Part shown: positions 35,955 to 48,945 of the stretch, one piece after another
Layout: each line of letters opens with the position of its first letter
Numbering within the stretch: position 1 is the first letter of the stretch
From: Raja brachyura
Lineage: Eukaryota
Length of the DNA stretch: 64,000 nt
Direction: 5' to 3'
Assembly: GCA_963514005.1 (NCBI GenBank)
Contig: OY740804.1
Location: forward strand, 19,344,001-19,408,000
The notes under the pieces: model-generated
Seen by the model: only the letters and a program-made list of their open reading frames with translations
Told to the model about the DNA's origin: nothing
Database searches by the model: none
Program-made: the position numbers and the translations under genes

Positions 35955-38230
35955 TTATTCCTTTAACAGGGTGACCAAAACTGAACACAGTACTCTAAAT
36001 GCAGCCTCACCAATGTCTGTACAACTGTAACATCCCAATATCCTAACTGGTGAAGGCCAATGTACCAAAAGCCCACTATCTACCTGTGACACCAGTTGCA
36101 AGTAACTACATTCCTGCACTCCTTGATACCTCTGCTCTACAACAATCCCCAGAGCCTTGCCATTCACTGTGAAGGTCATGCCCTAGTTTGCATTTCCAAA
36201 ATGCAACACTTTACACTTATCTGCATTAAACTACATTAACAATTCTTCAATCCACTTTCCCAACTGATCAAAGTTCCTGCTGTTATTTTTGATAACCATC
36301 TTCGCAATGTACAATACCACCCACTTTAGTGTCATCTGCAAACCTATTAATCACACCTTGAACATTCTCATCCGTTGATATAAAGCTATAAACCGCAATG
36401 GGCCCAGCACTGATCCTTGAGCCTGTGCCTCACTAGCCACAGGCCTCCAGTTGAAAAACAGTCTTCCACATCACCCTCTGCATCCTTCCATCAATCAAAA
36501 TCTCTTTCCAGCCAGCTGTCTCTCCCTGGATCCCATGTGATCTAATCTTCCAGAACAGCCTACAACTTTGATTTTTTATCAAAGGCCATGCAGAAGTCCA
36601 TTTAGACGACGCATATGGCTTTAAGCTTGTCAACCTTTTTGGTTAGTTCTTCAAAAAACGTAATCAGATTCAAAAGCCATGATCTCCCACATGCAGAACA
36701 TCCCTCATCAGCTGCTGTCTCCCTTAATGCATATATCTCTTACTCTTTAGCATCCTCTCCGGTAACTTGGCCACCACAGATATTATCCTCACCACTCTAT
36801 AGTTCCCAGGCTTTTAAGATGTAGCCCTTCTTAAATAGAGGCACAACATTAGCCACCCTCCTGTCTTCCAGCACCTTACTCATGTCTAATGATGATTCGT
36901 ATATTTCAGCCAAGACTCCTGCAGTGTCCTTTGCTTCCCAGTGTTCTCAGATATCTGATCAGGCTGGGGAGATTTATCTACCTTCATGAGCATTACATTA
37001 GGATATCCATCACCTACTCGACCATAATGACTGTCCTCAAGACATTTTCATATCATGACGTTCCCCAGCCTTCATGTCCTCTCCATGGTAAAAACAGTGG
37101 GAAAATACTCAGAGGATTTAATGCATCTCCTGTATCTCCACACAGTCATGACAACATTAGTTTCTGAGGTGCCTTATTATTTCTCTGGTTACCCATTTAC
37201 TTAAACAATCTAGATTTTCCTTAATATTGTCTGCCAGAGCTATCTCTTGCCCAATTTTCTATTTAAGTATGCTCCCGAAACTGCTCTGGAGATACAGTTG
37301 CTCCCATCCACCTGTATGGGACCATGCCTCTTTTCTCCTGACCAGAGCTTCAATTTCTTTCATCATCCAGGCTTCCTTACTCACACTTGGCTTGCCCTTC
37401 ACTCTAACAGGACCATATATGCCCTGAACTTTTGTCATAATGCTTAAAAGCATCCCTCTTTCTGGATGTTCCTTTACCCACAAACAACCTGCTCCAATCA
37501 ACTTGAGCACGTTCCTGCCCAATATTCAATATTGTCTCAATTCAGAAATTCACCATGGGCTTTCCCTGTCTTTATTCATAACTATTTGACAGCTAATAGA
37601 ACTGTGGCTACTGGTCCCAAAAGGCTCTACCACTGACACTTCAGTTACTTGCCCTTCCCAATTTCCAACAGGTAGATCAAGCTTTGCCCTCACCCCTGTA
37701 GGTCCACCCTGTCTAAAATCTCGGCACTATGACAGTCCGTCCATATTTGGAAAGTTAAAACCTCTCATTATGACAACCCTAATAGTCTTACAGCTGCTTG
37801 AAATGTCCTGACATATTTGTTCTCCTGATTCCCATTGCCTATTTTGAGGTTTGTAATACACTGCTAACAAGATGGCCATCCTTTCACCACCCCCCCCCCC
37901 CCCCCTCAATTTGATCCATATAGCTTCACTGGACAAACCATCAGTTATGTCACATTGGGCACTTTAATCAATACTCCCTTTCCTCATGGTCACACATTTA
38001 CTTTCTTCCTGTACGTTGGCAGTGATCACATCGCTATAACTCTTGTTTATGATGCTCACATTCACTTGATGATCTTGAGGTTGTCCAGCCTCAGTTCCAG
38101 CTCCCTAGCGTGGTCTGAAAGGCACCTGGACACATTTCCCATAGGTATAGTCATCAGAGATACCAGCAGTTGCCCTGACTTCTAACTTTTTGCAGGAAGA
38201 ACATTTCACCATTCTATCTGCCATCTCTAC
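35955..38230 (-). mobile_element. Heavily degraded CR1
   Basis: EAIWIKL, VIMRGFNFP, GIQGE..WKEIL and RPHLEYCVQFWSP-like remnants; a CSSC zinc-finger-like ORF1 start near 38200. Confidence 0.75.
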
Positions 38231-38393
38231 TCCACTAAAACTAAGAGGGGAAAAAACACAACAATCAAGGACAAAGAAACAGAAACTACCTTTACCTTCT
38301 ATCAATCTCAGCAAAGTCTCCTGGGACAAAGCCCTTCACTTAACCTGAACACAGCACCTCAACACACCTTCACCTCAACAGTACTTTACCTCA

Positions 38394-38712
38394 GTACGAT
38401 GGCGCAGCGGTACAGTTGATGCCTTACACCCCTTGCAGCACTGGAGATCCGGGTTCGATCCTGACTACGGGTGCTGTCTGTACGGAGTTTGTACGTGCTC
38501 CCTGTGACCGCGTGGGTTTTCACCAAGAACTTCTGTTTCCTCCCACACTCCAAAGACGTACATGTTTGTTGGTTAATTGGTTTGGTGTAAGTGTTAATCA
38601 TCCTTAGTGTGTGTAGAATAGTGTTAATGTGCAGGGATCGCTGGTCAGTGCGGACTCGGTGGGCCAAAGGGCCTGTTTCTGCACTGCATCTCTAAAACTC
38701 TAAAAACTAAAA
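38394..38712 (+). mobile_element. V-SINE-like tRNA-derived SINE
   Basis: Box A-like tggcgcagcggt, box B ggttcgatcc, central tgctgtctgtacggagtttgtacg...tttcctcccacactccaaagac, LINE-like tail (ctaaa)n. Confidence 0.85.
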
Positions 38713-39894
38713 CAACTTCACTCTCAATGGACCATTCTGCTACATTTTATCTTCCTTTTATTGGCTGCTCAATATGCCAATTTATTGGTCGCTCGTTTAG
38801 CCAATCCAATGGCTAGCTTTGGAAATCCACTATTGCTCAGGCATTGAAATACAGTCACTTATCCAATCCAATCCTTTTGCATCCAATGGCTCTCTTTTGA
38901 AGAGATTAAAGGAGGTGTATGTGAACATCTATTTCACCTGTACCGACTACGGGTCTTTGATGGATGAGAGGGAGAAGGTGCAGGGACAGGTGTTTAATCT
39001 CCTGCATTTGCAACGTCCCCAGAGAGGAGGTAACGAGGCGAATGCGACGACAATAAACAGACATTTATAAATAAAAAGACGTTTTTTGGAAGATATATTA
39101 TTCTACTGAAAAATTCCCAATGCATTCCATTAAAACCAACTGCAAACTATGAAAGTTTAAAAAAAATACATGCAGTGAATCTAAAGCAAAAATGGAGCAA
39201 AACAATCAGCAGGTCAGACAGCAAATGGAAACAGTTAACGATTCAGGCCTTAAAGGTTATAATAGGTTTACATCTGAACTGTGAAAAATACCAAAATGTT
39301 TGTTTTAATTTGCAAAGGAAGTGGGAGAGTGATGGTTTGAACAGTGAATCTCTGATAGGATGAAGCCATGGTTACCATGGTAATTAGGAAGTTAGAAAAT
39401 GACAAAGAAAAGTAAGTAGCAGGTCAGTGTGTGCTAACGGAGAGGCGACCAAAACCTGAGCCAATGTCACAGACAAATGATTCTCAGCAAAAACCCAGCA
39501 CTGCTGATAACTCTGCCTGCATCAGACGATCATGAATTCATTATTGGGTCAGAAGGCTGTATCATTGCCGCACCACCTGTCCTTGGTTGAAAAGTTCTTA
39601 AAGCCTCACACATTTGACTGAAATATAGAAACAAAGAACTACAGATGTGGATGTATATCAAAGATAGACACAAAATGCTGGAGTATCTCAGAGGGACCTG
39701 AATCATCACCCATCCTTTTTCTCCAGAGATGCTGCCTGACCCGCTGAATTACTCCAGCACTTTGTATCTATGTATCTTTGACCATGAGTCCATTGGGTAG
39801 TGGTCAGCATGGAACATTCTGCGAGTTTACAAGACAAGGTTTTAATTGATCCTGTGGCATGGTTTCCTGAGCAGATTATTTTGTCGTGTATTTA

Positions 39895-40500
39895 CCAAAA
39901 TGCCTCATCGCCAGAACCCACCAACAAGCACCAAGACCTCATGTGACTCACGATAAGAGGGACCCTCCCTGTAAAATCCTCCTTGTACTCTCGGAATCTT
40001 ACACGCTGCCCTCTGCACAGCTGCTACAGACAGTCTGAAGAAGGGTCTCAACGTAAAATATCATGTATCCACATTCTCCAGGGATGCTGCCTGACCCGCT
40101 GAGTTACTCCAGCACTTTGTGGCCATTTGTGTATTAACCAGCATCTACAGTTCTTATTTCCACAGAGAGGACACTGTTGCCCACCTCTTCAATGAGTGTG
40201 CATTTGCGAAGAGGGTTTGGAGAATGATGCAAGGGTCCATCCCGAGCAGCTCCATAACTGAGCACTATCTGAAATATGGGCTGCTCCCATGCCACATTCG
40301 GAGATGGACATCAAATGCTGCTGAGCGATCATCAACTCTGAAAGACGCTGTTTGGTCTGCCTGAAACCTGACCTCCCAGTACACCGAGATGTCCATGTTG
40401 AGGATCTCGCTGATGTTTGGTGCGGCCAACACCAAGGCTCTGTGGGGGAGGATCACAGTCTTGGGTGCTTCAGCTGCTGGACACTGTGGGATGGAGTCTG
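39895..40500 (+). mobile_element. Tx1-like ORF2 C-terminal remnant
   Basis: ASSPEPTNKHQDL and EDTVAHLFNECAFAKRVW (zinc-binding C-terminus), interrupted by a short repeat. Confidence 0.65.
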
Positions 40501-40679
40501 GTGGGGATACCCCTCAAACATGGGGCTTAAAACTGCTCAGAATTTGTCTGCACCTCTGCTTCCCTATCTTCTGCTGGGACACCTGTGGTTGACCTTTCAG
40601 AAATGTTTCTACCCACATGGCCTCATTTGAAGAGCCTTGGATTTCCTTCCTCTTTTCTGAAGCAATGGACTCATTTCGA

Positions 40680-40985
40680 CTTTACTTGAGAGATACAGCA
40701 CAGAAACAGTCCTTTCGGTCCAATGGGTCCGCGCTGGCCAGCAATCGCCCCGTACATTAACACTACCCTACATACGAGGGACAATCTTACAATTTTACTG
40801 AAGCCAATTAATCAACAAACCTATACCTCTTTGAAGTGTGGGAGGAAACCGGAGCACCAAGAGAAAACCCACGCGGTCACAGGGAAAACGTTCAAACTGC
40901 GTACAAACAGCATCCATAGTCAGGATTGAACCTGGGTCTCTGGCGATGTAAGGCAGCCACTCTACTGCGGTGCCACTGTGCTGCC
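40680..40985 (-). mobile_element. V-SINE-like SINE
   Basis: Reverse complement of the family at 38394-38712. Confidence 0.8.
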
Positions 40986-41089
40986 ATGCATCAATACTGC
41001 ACTGTCACTTCCTTTTTTAAATCCTCCTTTCCCAACTTGCATGGTGTTTAGACATTTCTACGAAAAGGAAAGCTGTCCCCAGAGAAGGT

Positions 41090-41995
41090 GAAGTGAAATA
41101 TTCCCCATGTTGGCGGAGTCCAGAACCAAGGGTCACAGTTTAAGAATAAGTCGTAGGCCATTTAGGACTGAGATGAGGAAAAGCGTTTTCAGCCAGAGAG
41201 TTGTGAATCTGGCGGAATTCTCTGCCACAGAAGGCAGTGGAGGCCAATTCACTTGACGTATTCAAGAGAGAGTTAGATATAGCTCTTAGTGCTAATGGAA
41301 TCAAGGGATATGGGGAGAAAGCAGGAACATGTTACTGATTCTGGATAATCAGCCATGACCATATTGATTAGCGGTGGTGGCTCGAAGGGCCGAATGGCCG
41401 TCTCCTGCACCTACGGGTGCTTATCTGTACGGAGTTTGTACGTACTCCCTGTGACCTGCATGGGCTTTCTCCATGAACCTCAGATTCCACCCTCACTCCA
41501 AAATCATAACAGGTTTGTAGGTTAATTGGCTTGGTATAAATGTAAAAATTGGCCCTAGTGTAGGATAGTGTTAATGTGCGGGGATCACTGGTCAGTGCAG
41601 ACTCGATGGGCCGAAGTGTCTGTTTCCGTGCTGTGTCTCCAAGCTAAACTAAACTATTTCCTAAACAATTATGCAGGCCTACTTATAGGCTGGTTACAGC
41701 TACAATGTTTCAAAGAGGAAAGCAAGTTAGGCACAGCCATGGTGTTCCTGCACAGGAATACACTGTGGTAGAGTTGTTGCCTTCAGAAACCCGGATCCTG
41801 GCTACCAGTGCCTTCCGTATGCTGTTTGTATGTTCTGCCTTTCACTCTGAGTGCCTCCAAAGCAGTACGGAAGTGTGGGCTAACTGGTTTCTGTAAATTG
41901 TCGTGTGTAGGATAGTGCTCTTGGATGGTGTGATTGCTGATTGGCGCAGACTCGATGGGTCGACGGGCCTGTTTCCACACTTAAAGTCTAAAGAT
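41090..41995 (+). mobile_element. CR1 3' end (41090-41412) followed by V-SINE pieces (41413-41655, 41760-41995)
   Basis: CR1 3'UTR homologous to other copies; SINE core tctgtacggagtttgtacg. Confidence 0.75.
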
Positions 41996-42494
41996 AATTT
42001 AGTCACTGGGTTGTTTTTGGTACATGACCACCAGGGGCGCCGGGGGTGATGGCAGCCCTGCCGGCAGTCCATTCGTTTTTTTCATCTTTTGTTATTTTTA
42101 GCGTTTGTTAAAAGTTTGTTTTAATGTTGCTTGGTTTCTTTCATGTGGGGGGGGGGACTGGAGGAAGCCTTTTTTTTCAAGTTCCTACCCTCCCGGAGTT
42201 GTGATAACTTTTCCAATCACATTCTCAGAACAACAAGAAAGGACTTGAACTTTAGTTCGCCATCGATCACAGTGAGGAATGTGCAGGAGTCACTGTGGTG
42301 GATGTTCATGTTAAAATGTATTTTTGAGTCTGTTGCTGTTAATTGTATGACTGACCTGGCCAGTGAAATTCCCTGTATGATGCAAAACATACTTGGCGAA
42401 TAAAATTGGATTCTGATTCTGAATTGAGATGACTGATTTTATTTTATAGTCAATAATTAAAATGTTATAACTGACACTTGCAGTAATGAGCATA

Positions 42495-43500
42495 CAGTGG
42501 CTTGCAAAAGTATTCATACCCCGTGAACTTTTCCACATTTTGTCACGTTACAACCACAAACGCAAATGTATTTTATTGGGATTTTATGTGATAGACCAAC
42601 ACAAAGTGGCGCATAATTGTGAAGTGGAAGGAAAATCATACATGGTTTCCAAATTTTATTACAAATAAAAAACTGAAAAGTGTGGCGTGCAAAAGTTTTC
42701 AGCCCCCCTGAATCAATACTTTGTAGAACCACCTTTTGCTGCAATTACAGCTGCAAGTCTTTTGGGGTATGTCTCTACCAGCTTTGCACATCTAGAAACT
42801 GAAATTTTTGCCCATTCTTCTTTGCAAAATAGCTCAAGCTCAGTCAGATTGGATGGAGAGCGTCTGTGAACAGCAATTATCAAGTCTTGCCAGAGATTCT
42901 CAATTGGATTTAGGTCTGGACTTTGACTGGGCCATTCTAACATACTAATATGCTTTGATCTAAACCATTCCATTGTAGCTCTGGCTGTATGTTTAGGGTC
43001 GTTGTCCTGCTGGAATGTGAACCTCCGCCCCAGTCTCAAGTCTTTTGCAGACTCTAACAGGTTTTCTTCCAAGATTGCCCTGTATTTGGCTCCATCCATC
43101 TTCCCATCTACTCTGACCAGCTTCCCCGTCCCTGCTGAAGAAAAGCATCCCCACAGCATGATGCTGCCACCACCATGTTTCACATTGGGGTTGGTATGTT
43201 CAGGGTGATGTGCAGTGTTAGTTTTCCGCCACACATAGCGTTTTGCATTTAGGCCAAAAACTTTAATTTTGGTCTCATCAGACCAGAGCACCTTCCTCCA
43301 CATGTTTGCTGTGTCCCTCACATGGCTTGTGGCAAACTGCAAACAGGACTTCTTATGGCTTTGTTTCAACAATGGCTTTTTTCTTGCCACTCTTCTATAA
43401 AGGCTTGATTTGTGGAGTGCACGACTAATAGTTGTCCAGTGGACAGATTCTCCCACCTGAACTGTGGATCTCTGCAGCTCCTCCAGAGTTACCATGGGTC
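42495..43500 (-). mobile_element. Tc1/mariner transposon, 5'-truncated, DD34E transposase ORF 43495-42713
   Basis: LWSDETK, FQQDNDPKH and SPDLNPIE with D-34-E spacing. One end TA|CAGTGGCTTGCAAAAGTATTCA with an inner direct repeat at about 42687 (IR/DR type). The N-terminal part and the other TIR are missing. Confidence 0.93.
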
Positions 43501-44783
43501 AAACCACTGAATGGTCCACCCATAAGCCAGGTATAATCCTGATCTTCCAATCTACCACATTGCCAACATTGGACTTTTTCTTTGAAAATGCTGCAAAAAT
43601 ATATTCTGCATTCTGGTATTTTTCTTTTTGCTTGTGTATAGCTTGATAGTAGTTATGTATGTTTAAGAAGGAACTGCAGATGCTGGAAAATCGAAGGTAG
43701 ACAAAAATGCTGGAGAATCTCAGCGGTGAGGCAGCATTTATGGAGCGAAAGAAATAGGCAATGTTTCGGGTCGAAACCCTTCTTCAGTCTGAACATGTTA
43801 CCCACATTATTCTACATTTGTTAGATCCTTGCCCGCTCACTTATCTTGCCTTATTATCCTTTAATAATTACCTTATGTCCCCTTCATAACTTACTTTCCT
43901 ACGTTTTCGGCCTTTTACACGAGTCATGTTAAAATTCATATACTAGTGGAGGCTCCAGAACGAGCCCTCTGGCAATATTATATGTTGCTCATTTATGCCT
44001 ACTCTGTTTCCTGCTATCCTGCCAGTCCTCTGTTCATTCCAACACAAATCTTGCTGCACTACAAGCTTTTATTTTCTTCAATAACGTTTGATGGAACATC
44101 TCCATCAAATGCCTTGTGGAAATCTAATAACAGTGCACCTTCATTAGTTTCTGCTCCTTCTTGTTTGTAACAAAGTGCCCAGACACATCTCCTGCCTCAG
44201 TGACTCTCTCTGGAGCTAACTTAGTTCGCATAGATTCCATTTGCAATTTCACTTTTTGTATTTAGGACCCACCGAAGCTTGCAGATCTGTTCAGCATGAT
44301 GTTGAATAAAGGTTTGGAATCCTACAGTTCCAGCATGGACTTTGAGACTTTTGCCTTCCATCACAGTGAGGAGGTGCCTGGTAGACTCACTGCGGTGGAT
44401 GTTAAACGGTGTTATCTGTGTGTTTTGTTATTTTATTCTATGTTATGACTGCAAGGTATACAATTTCGTTCAGACTGAAATGTCTGAATGACAATAAAGG
44501 ATTTATTACTTTACATCACCATCTCCCAGCCAGCACCACCATCGCCTCTGTTATGTGTGTCTCTCTGTCGCTATCATTGGTATTCTCTCTGTATTTCCGA
44601 TTCCAACTTTCTGTCATATAAAATACATTTGATTTCTAACTTTTCCAATTTCTGACATAAAATCATTGACCTGGAATGTTGTTTATCTTTCTCTCATATC
44701 ATTGGCTGTTGAACCTTCGGAGTATTTCCAATTTTATCTGTTTTTATTACACATTTCTAATATCAGCAGTGTGTTTCACTCAC

Positions 44784-45062
44784 CAGGTGTGGCCTGTTTG
44801 CAGTTGTCCATCAACCAGATCTGTGCCGTGCCCTCACTGACCAGGTTCCTGGCCTCACACCTGTACTCAACGTCCCCGACCTCTGCTGTGTGATGAACCT
44901 CTATCGTCTCTCCGTGTCGCAGGGGGTGATGGGTGCCGTCCTTTCCCAGAGGTTTTCCCCACCACCACCTGAAGCTGGTGGAGTCACCAGAGGTCACGGA
45001 GCAGGTCAGGGTGCAGTTGCCGGCGATGTTCTGAATCTTAATCTGTGTTCCTGCCACGGGCT
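44784..45062 (-). CDS. Gene B: IgC2 exon
   Basis: Acceptor ctttcttctctctgccccaacctcag|ag and donor cct g|gtgagt, 279 nt. EPVAGTQIKIQNIAGNCTLTCSVTSGDSTSFRWWW...YRCEARNLVSEGTAQIWLMDNCKQATP, four Cys. Confidence 0.9.
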
Positions 45063-46249
45063 CTGAGGTTGGGGCAGAGAGAAGAAAGATGAGTAAAGGA
45101 GATCCTTGTGGACCCCACGATACCCAACAGCCACAAGTGAACAATCCCAGCTCATTTCCACCCACCAGTTTAACTCTTCTCTCCCCCCCCCCCCCACTTC
45201 AGTTCAGCGAGTTGTTGCTGTACGAAGTCCACATGTGATGCGCCCCCTTCCCGACTACTGCCCGCAATCATCCACCAACTCTCCACCATGTCCTGATTAT
45301 GGCCCTGTATCATGTGATAGGAGTAGAATTAAACCATTTGGCCCATCAAATCTACTCCGCCATTCAATCATGGATGATTGAACCTGGGGATTCTATCCAG
45401 ATGCAGGGTTTTTTTTTCACTTATGCAAATGGTCCCCGTGTCCCTTATGCACCCGAGTGTGACCCAGCCCAGGCCTGTCCAGAACCTGGTCCAAGAGAGT
45501 CAACCCTGGGACTGTGGTGGGCACTGACCCAGACTGGGATAGCGTGCCATGTTCCAGAGTGAATCCAGCACCATGCAGATCCTGGGTCACATGGCCTCTC
45601 TCCCACAGAGACTGAAACAGCTCACAAATCGGGGGTATAAATAGCGAGTTATTCCCAGTCTTGTGATGGGACACATTCTGAGAGGGGAACCAAGGAGTCA
45701 GAATGGAGAAAATGTCACAAGGGACAGAGCGGAGATCTGGAGCTGCAGAGTCACCCTCACTGAAAGCAGATACATGGGTAGAAAGGGCAGGGAAATCTCC
45801 TGATCACTGCCCCCCATCCTCAGCGGATGAACTAGATCTCCCCCATGTTGGACCACACTTAGAAAATGTCCTGAGACCAGCAAAGGCCAGAATGTCCTCT
45901 AGGTGGGGATTTCAATGTCCAACATGGGAGTGGGTTGGTAGCACCTCCACAGACTGAGCCGCCGACTCCTGACGGACAGACGGGCCAGAGTGGGCTGAGC
46001 AGGGGTAATCTGGCCTGACCTGGCCATCCCCAGGCTACCAGTGGCAGGTGCATCAGTCCCTGACACTAATGATGAGAGTTACCACTGTACAGTCCTTGTG
46101 GAGACAAGTCTGGTCTTCGCACCGAAGGCTCATCCCCATCATATTGTGTGGCACCTACAATTGTGCTCAGTGTGAGAGGCTCAGAAGAGATCATGCAGCT
46201 GACAACTGGGGTCCATATGGTCCTGCGGACAACAGCAGAACTGTCCACC

Positions 46250-48110
46250 ACGCAGTCTGTAACCTCATGGTTCACGCCACCATTCCTGTCACCGAGGGGT
46301 TCAACCCTGGTTCACTGAGGATCGCAGAGGACATGAGGAAGCAGCACCAGGTAGAAATAAACACAACGAGGTGCCAGCCTGGTGAAGCTGCGACACAGGA
46401 CGACATGCGACAACAACAGCCTCAAAAAAAGAGCTGAGGGACCTCGCGGCCTATGGCTCAGGTCACAGTTCTACAGTCCTACTACATCTGGACATGAATA
46501 GTGGTGGACAATTCAATAGCTCATCGAATGCAGCAGCCAAAAAAGCATCCCCATCCTCAGTGATAATGTGACCCAGCACGTGAGTGCTGGAGACAAGGTT
46601 GATCATTTACAACCGTGTTCAGTCAGAGTGCTGGAGTGGATGATCTCTGATCTTCTGAGATCCTACCGTCAAAGAAACCAGTGTCCAGACAATTTAGTTT
46701 ACTCCATGCAAAATCATGTTTATAAGTTATAGGAGCAGAATTAGGCCATTTGGCCCATCAAGTCTAAGCCGCCATCTAATCACAGTTGATCTATCTTTCC
46801 CTCAAACCCATTCTCCTGCCTTCTCCCCATAACCTCCGACACCTGTACTAATCAAGAATATATCAATCTCCACTGTAAAAATATCCATTGACTTTGCCTC
46901 CAAAGCCTCCTGTGACAATTAATTCCACAGATTCATCACCTTAAATAAATTCATCTTCATCTCCTTTCTAAAGGTATTGTATGTCCTTTTATTCCAAGGC
47001 TATGGCCTGTGGTCCTAGACTCAATTATCAATGGAAACATCTTCTCCACATCCAGTCTATCCAGGAAACACAGAGAGCCCCTATACATATCCAGCTCCAG
47101 GCAACATCCCAGCTATAGTACTGAAGACCTGCACTCCTGAAGTCGTGGCATGTCTCCCCAAGTTGTTTTTGCAACATTGGTATCCAGTGACAATGTGGAA
47201 AATTGACATCATCTTTGCAGTTCATAAACAGGATGAATCCAATCAGCTGATCACCTTCCAATTGATCTAGTATTGATCATCAGCAAAGTGAGAGAAGCTA
47301 TTGTTGACACTTTTATCATGCAGCACTCACTCGCCAATAACCTGCTCACTGAAGCTGAAGATCTTATCTGAAGACCTCATCACGGCTTTGGTCCAAGACT
47401 GAAACGAAAAACTGACTTGCAGAGATAAGGCGGAGCTGACTGTCCTCAACATCAACGCATTGTTTAACTGAGTCTGACATTAGGGAGCCCTTGTAAAACT
47501 AAAGTCAATGAACATCCAGGGGATAACACTCTGACGTGGAGTCACCCCTCACACGGAGGAAGATGGTTGTGGTCATTGGAGGCCAGTCAACCCAGCCACA
47601 GGTCATCGCTGCAGGTGTTCCTCAGGGCAGTATCCTGGGCCCAACCAGCTGCTTCATCAATGACCTTCCTGGCATCGCAACGTTTGACTGATGATGGCAC
47701 AATGTTGAACTCAACTGCATGCAGCAGGACCCAGAAAACATTCAAACAGGGGCTGATAAGTGGGAAGTTTGCAACCACGTGATGGAAGTGTCAGCAGGAG
47801 ACAGCCCAGTGCTTGAGACTCAATGATTCTCCCAGCAGCAAGCCCCACATTATCAAAACAATCGAACAGCAACTCAACAATACTAATTACACATACTCTG
47901 TGGCTACTGGAGAAAGTTTGAGGCTGGGTATCCCGTAGGAGTGACTCACTTCCTGACAGCCTGACCTTTCCCCGTCTACAGGACATGTCAGGAGTGTAAG
48001 GGAACACTCTTCCAATACCTGGGTGAGTGCAGCTTCAACATCTCTCGAGAAGTTGCCATCACCTGCAACTGAAGCAGCTGCTTAATCAGATCCCTACCCA
48101 CTACCCTAAA
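46250..48110 (+). mobile_element. Old degraded CR1/L2-like LINE (with a CR1 tail insert at 46720-47065)
   Basis: PGNIPAIVLKTCTPE and AGVPQGSILGP-like remnants with many frameshifts. Confidence 0.6.
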
Positions 48111-48627
48111 TACTCCCACCCTCCGCCAGCCTAAGCACTTCCTCCCCCATCCTAACATCATCCTTCTGCCAATCTAAGCACTTCCACCAAAACCTCAAGC
48201 ACTCCCTCTGTCCAATCCCTAAACATTCCATCCCTCTATCGACCCGAAACGTTGCCCATTTCCTTTGCTCCATAGATGCTGCCTCACCCGCTGAGTTTCT
48301 CCAGCATTTTTGTCATCCTTCCACAAATGTGGGTGGTGTGCATGTAATCCAGAAAATTCACCAGGGAGCCTGGAGGAAATTCCCTTCCCCATGGAGCAGT
48401 GGGAACCGTTGACGGTTCGATGGCCCAGTGACCGGGGATGTGGTGGGCCTGTCCCCCAGCCTGGCACTGCCCTAGTCCCACTACACTGGGACCGGGACCC
48501 CCACTCTGCACATTGGCAGTCAGTGGGGTTCAGTAAACTGGGGAACGCACAGGAACTGCTCTCGCCCATTAATTAGGGAGGTTCAGGAGCCGGTGAAATG
48601 CGGGGCCTCCGCGGCAATCTCACTCAC

Positions 48628-48945
48628 CGTACACCTCCAGTCGGACTCTCGCCGAAGTTTTATCTCCTGAACTTGCAACAAAATCCACCTCGTAATCACC
48701 AGCGTCCTCTCTCCGTAGATCACGGATTTCCAGAGTGAAGTTCCCGCGGTGAAGAGTTACCCGTCCCTTGTAATTGGTGACATAGTATTCAATATTCTCA
48801 TTCGAGTACTTCGCTATCATGGTTCTGGGTGATGGCCGCCTCCACGCAACGCTGGCATTGTCCGGTGCGACTGTGATCCCAGCAGGTAAGGAGACCGAGT
48901 GTCCCCGAGCTCCGGTCACGGTGCCAGTGGCGGCCCCGGTCCCAG
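48628..48945 (-). CDS. Gene B: IgV exon
   Basis: Same acceptor, donor and 318-nt length as the gene A IgV exon. AGTGAATGTVTGARGHSVSLPAG...VAWRR...YKGRVTLHRGNFTLEIRDLRREDAGDYEV...VRLEVY has no cysteine, giving a CD2/SLAM-type V domain. Confidence 0.92.

Noticed and set aside
38394-38470. tRNA gene
   Set aside because: Box A and B are present but continue into a SINE body and tail found several times in the window; no intact cloverleaf evident.
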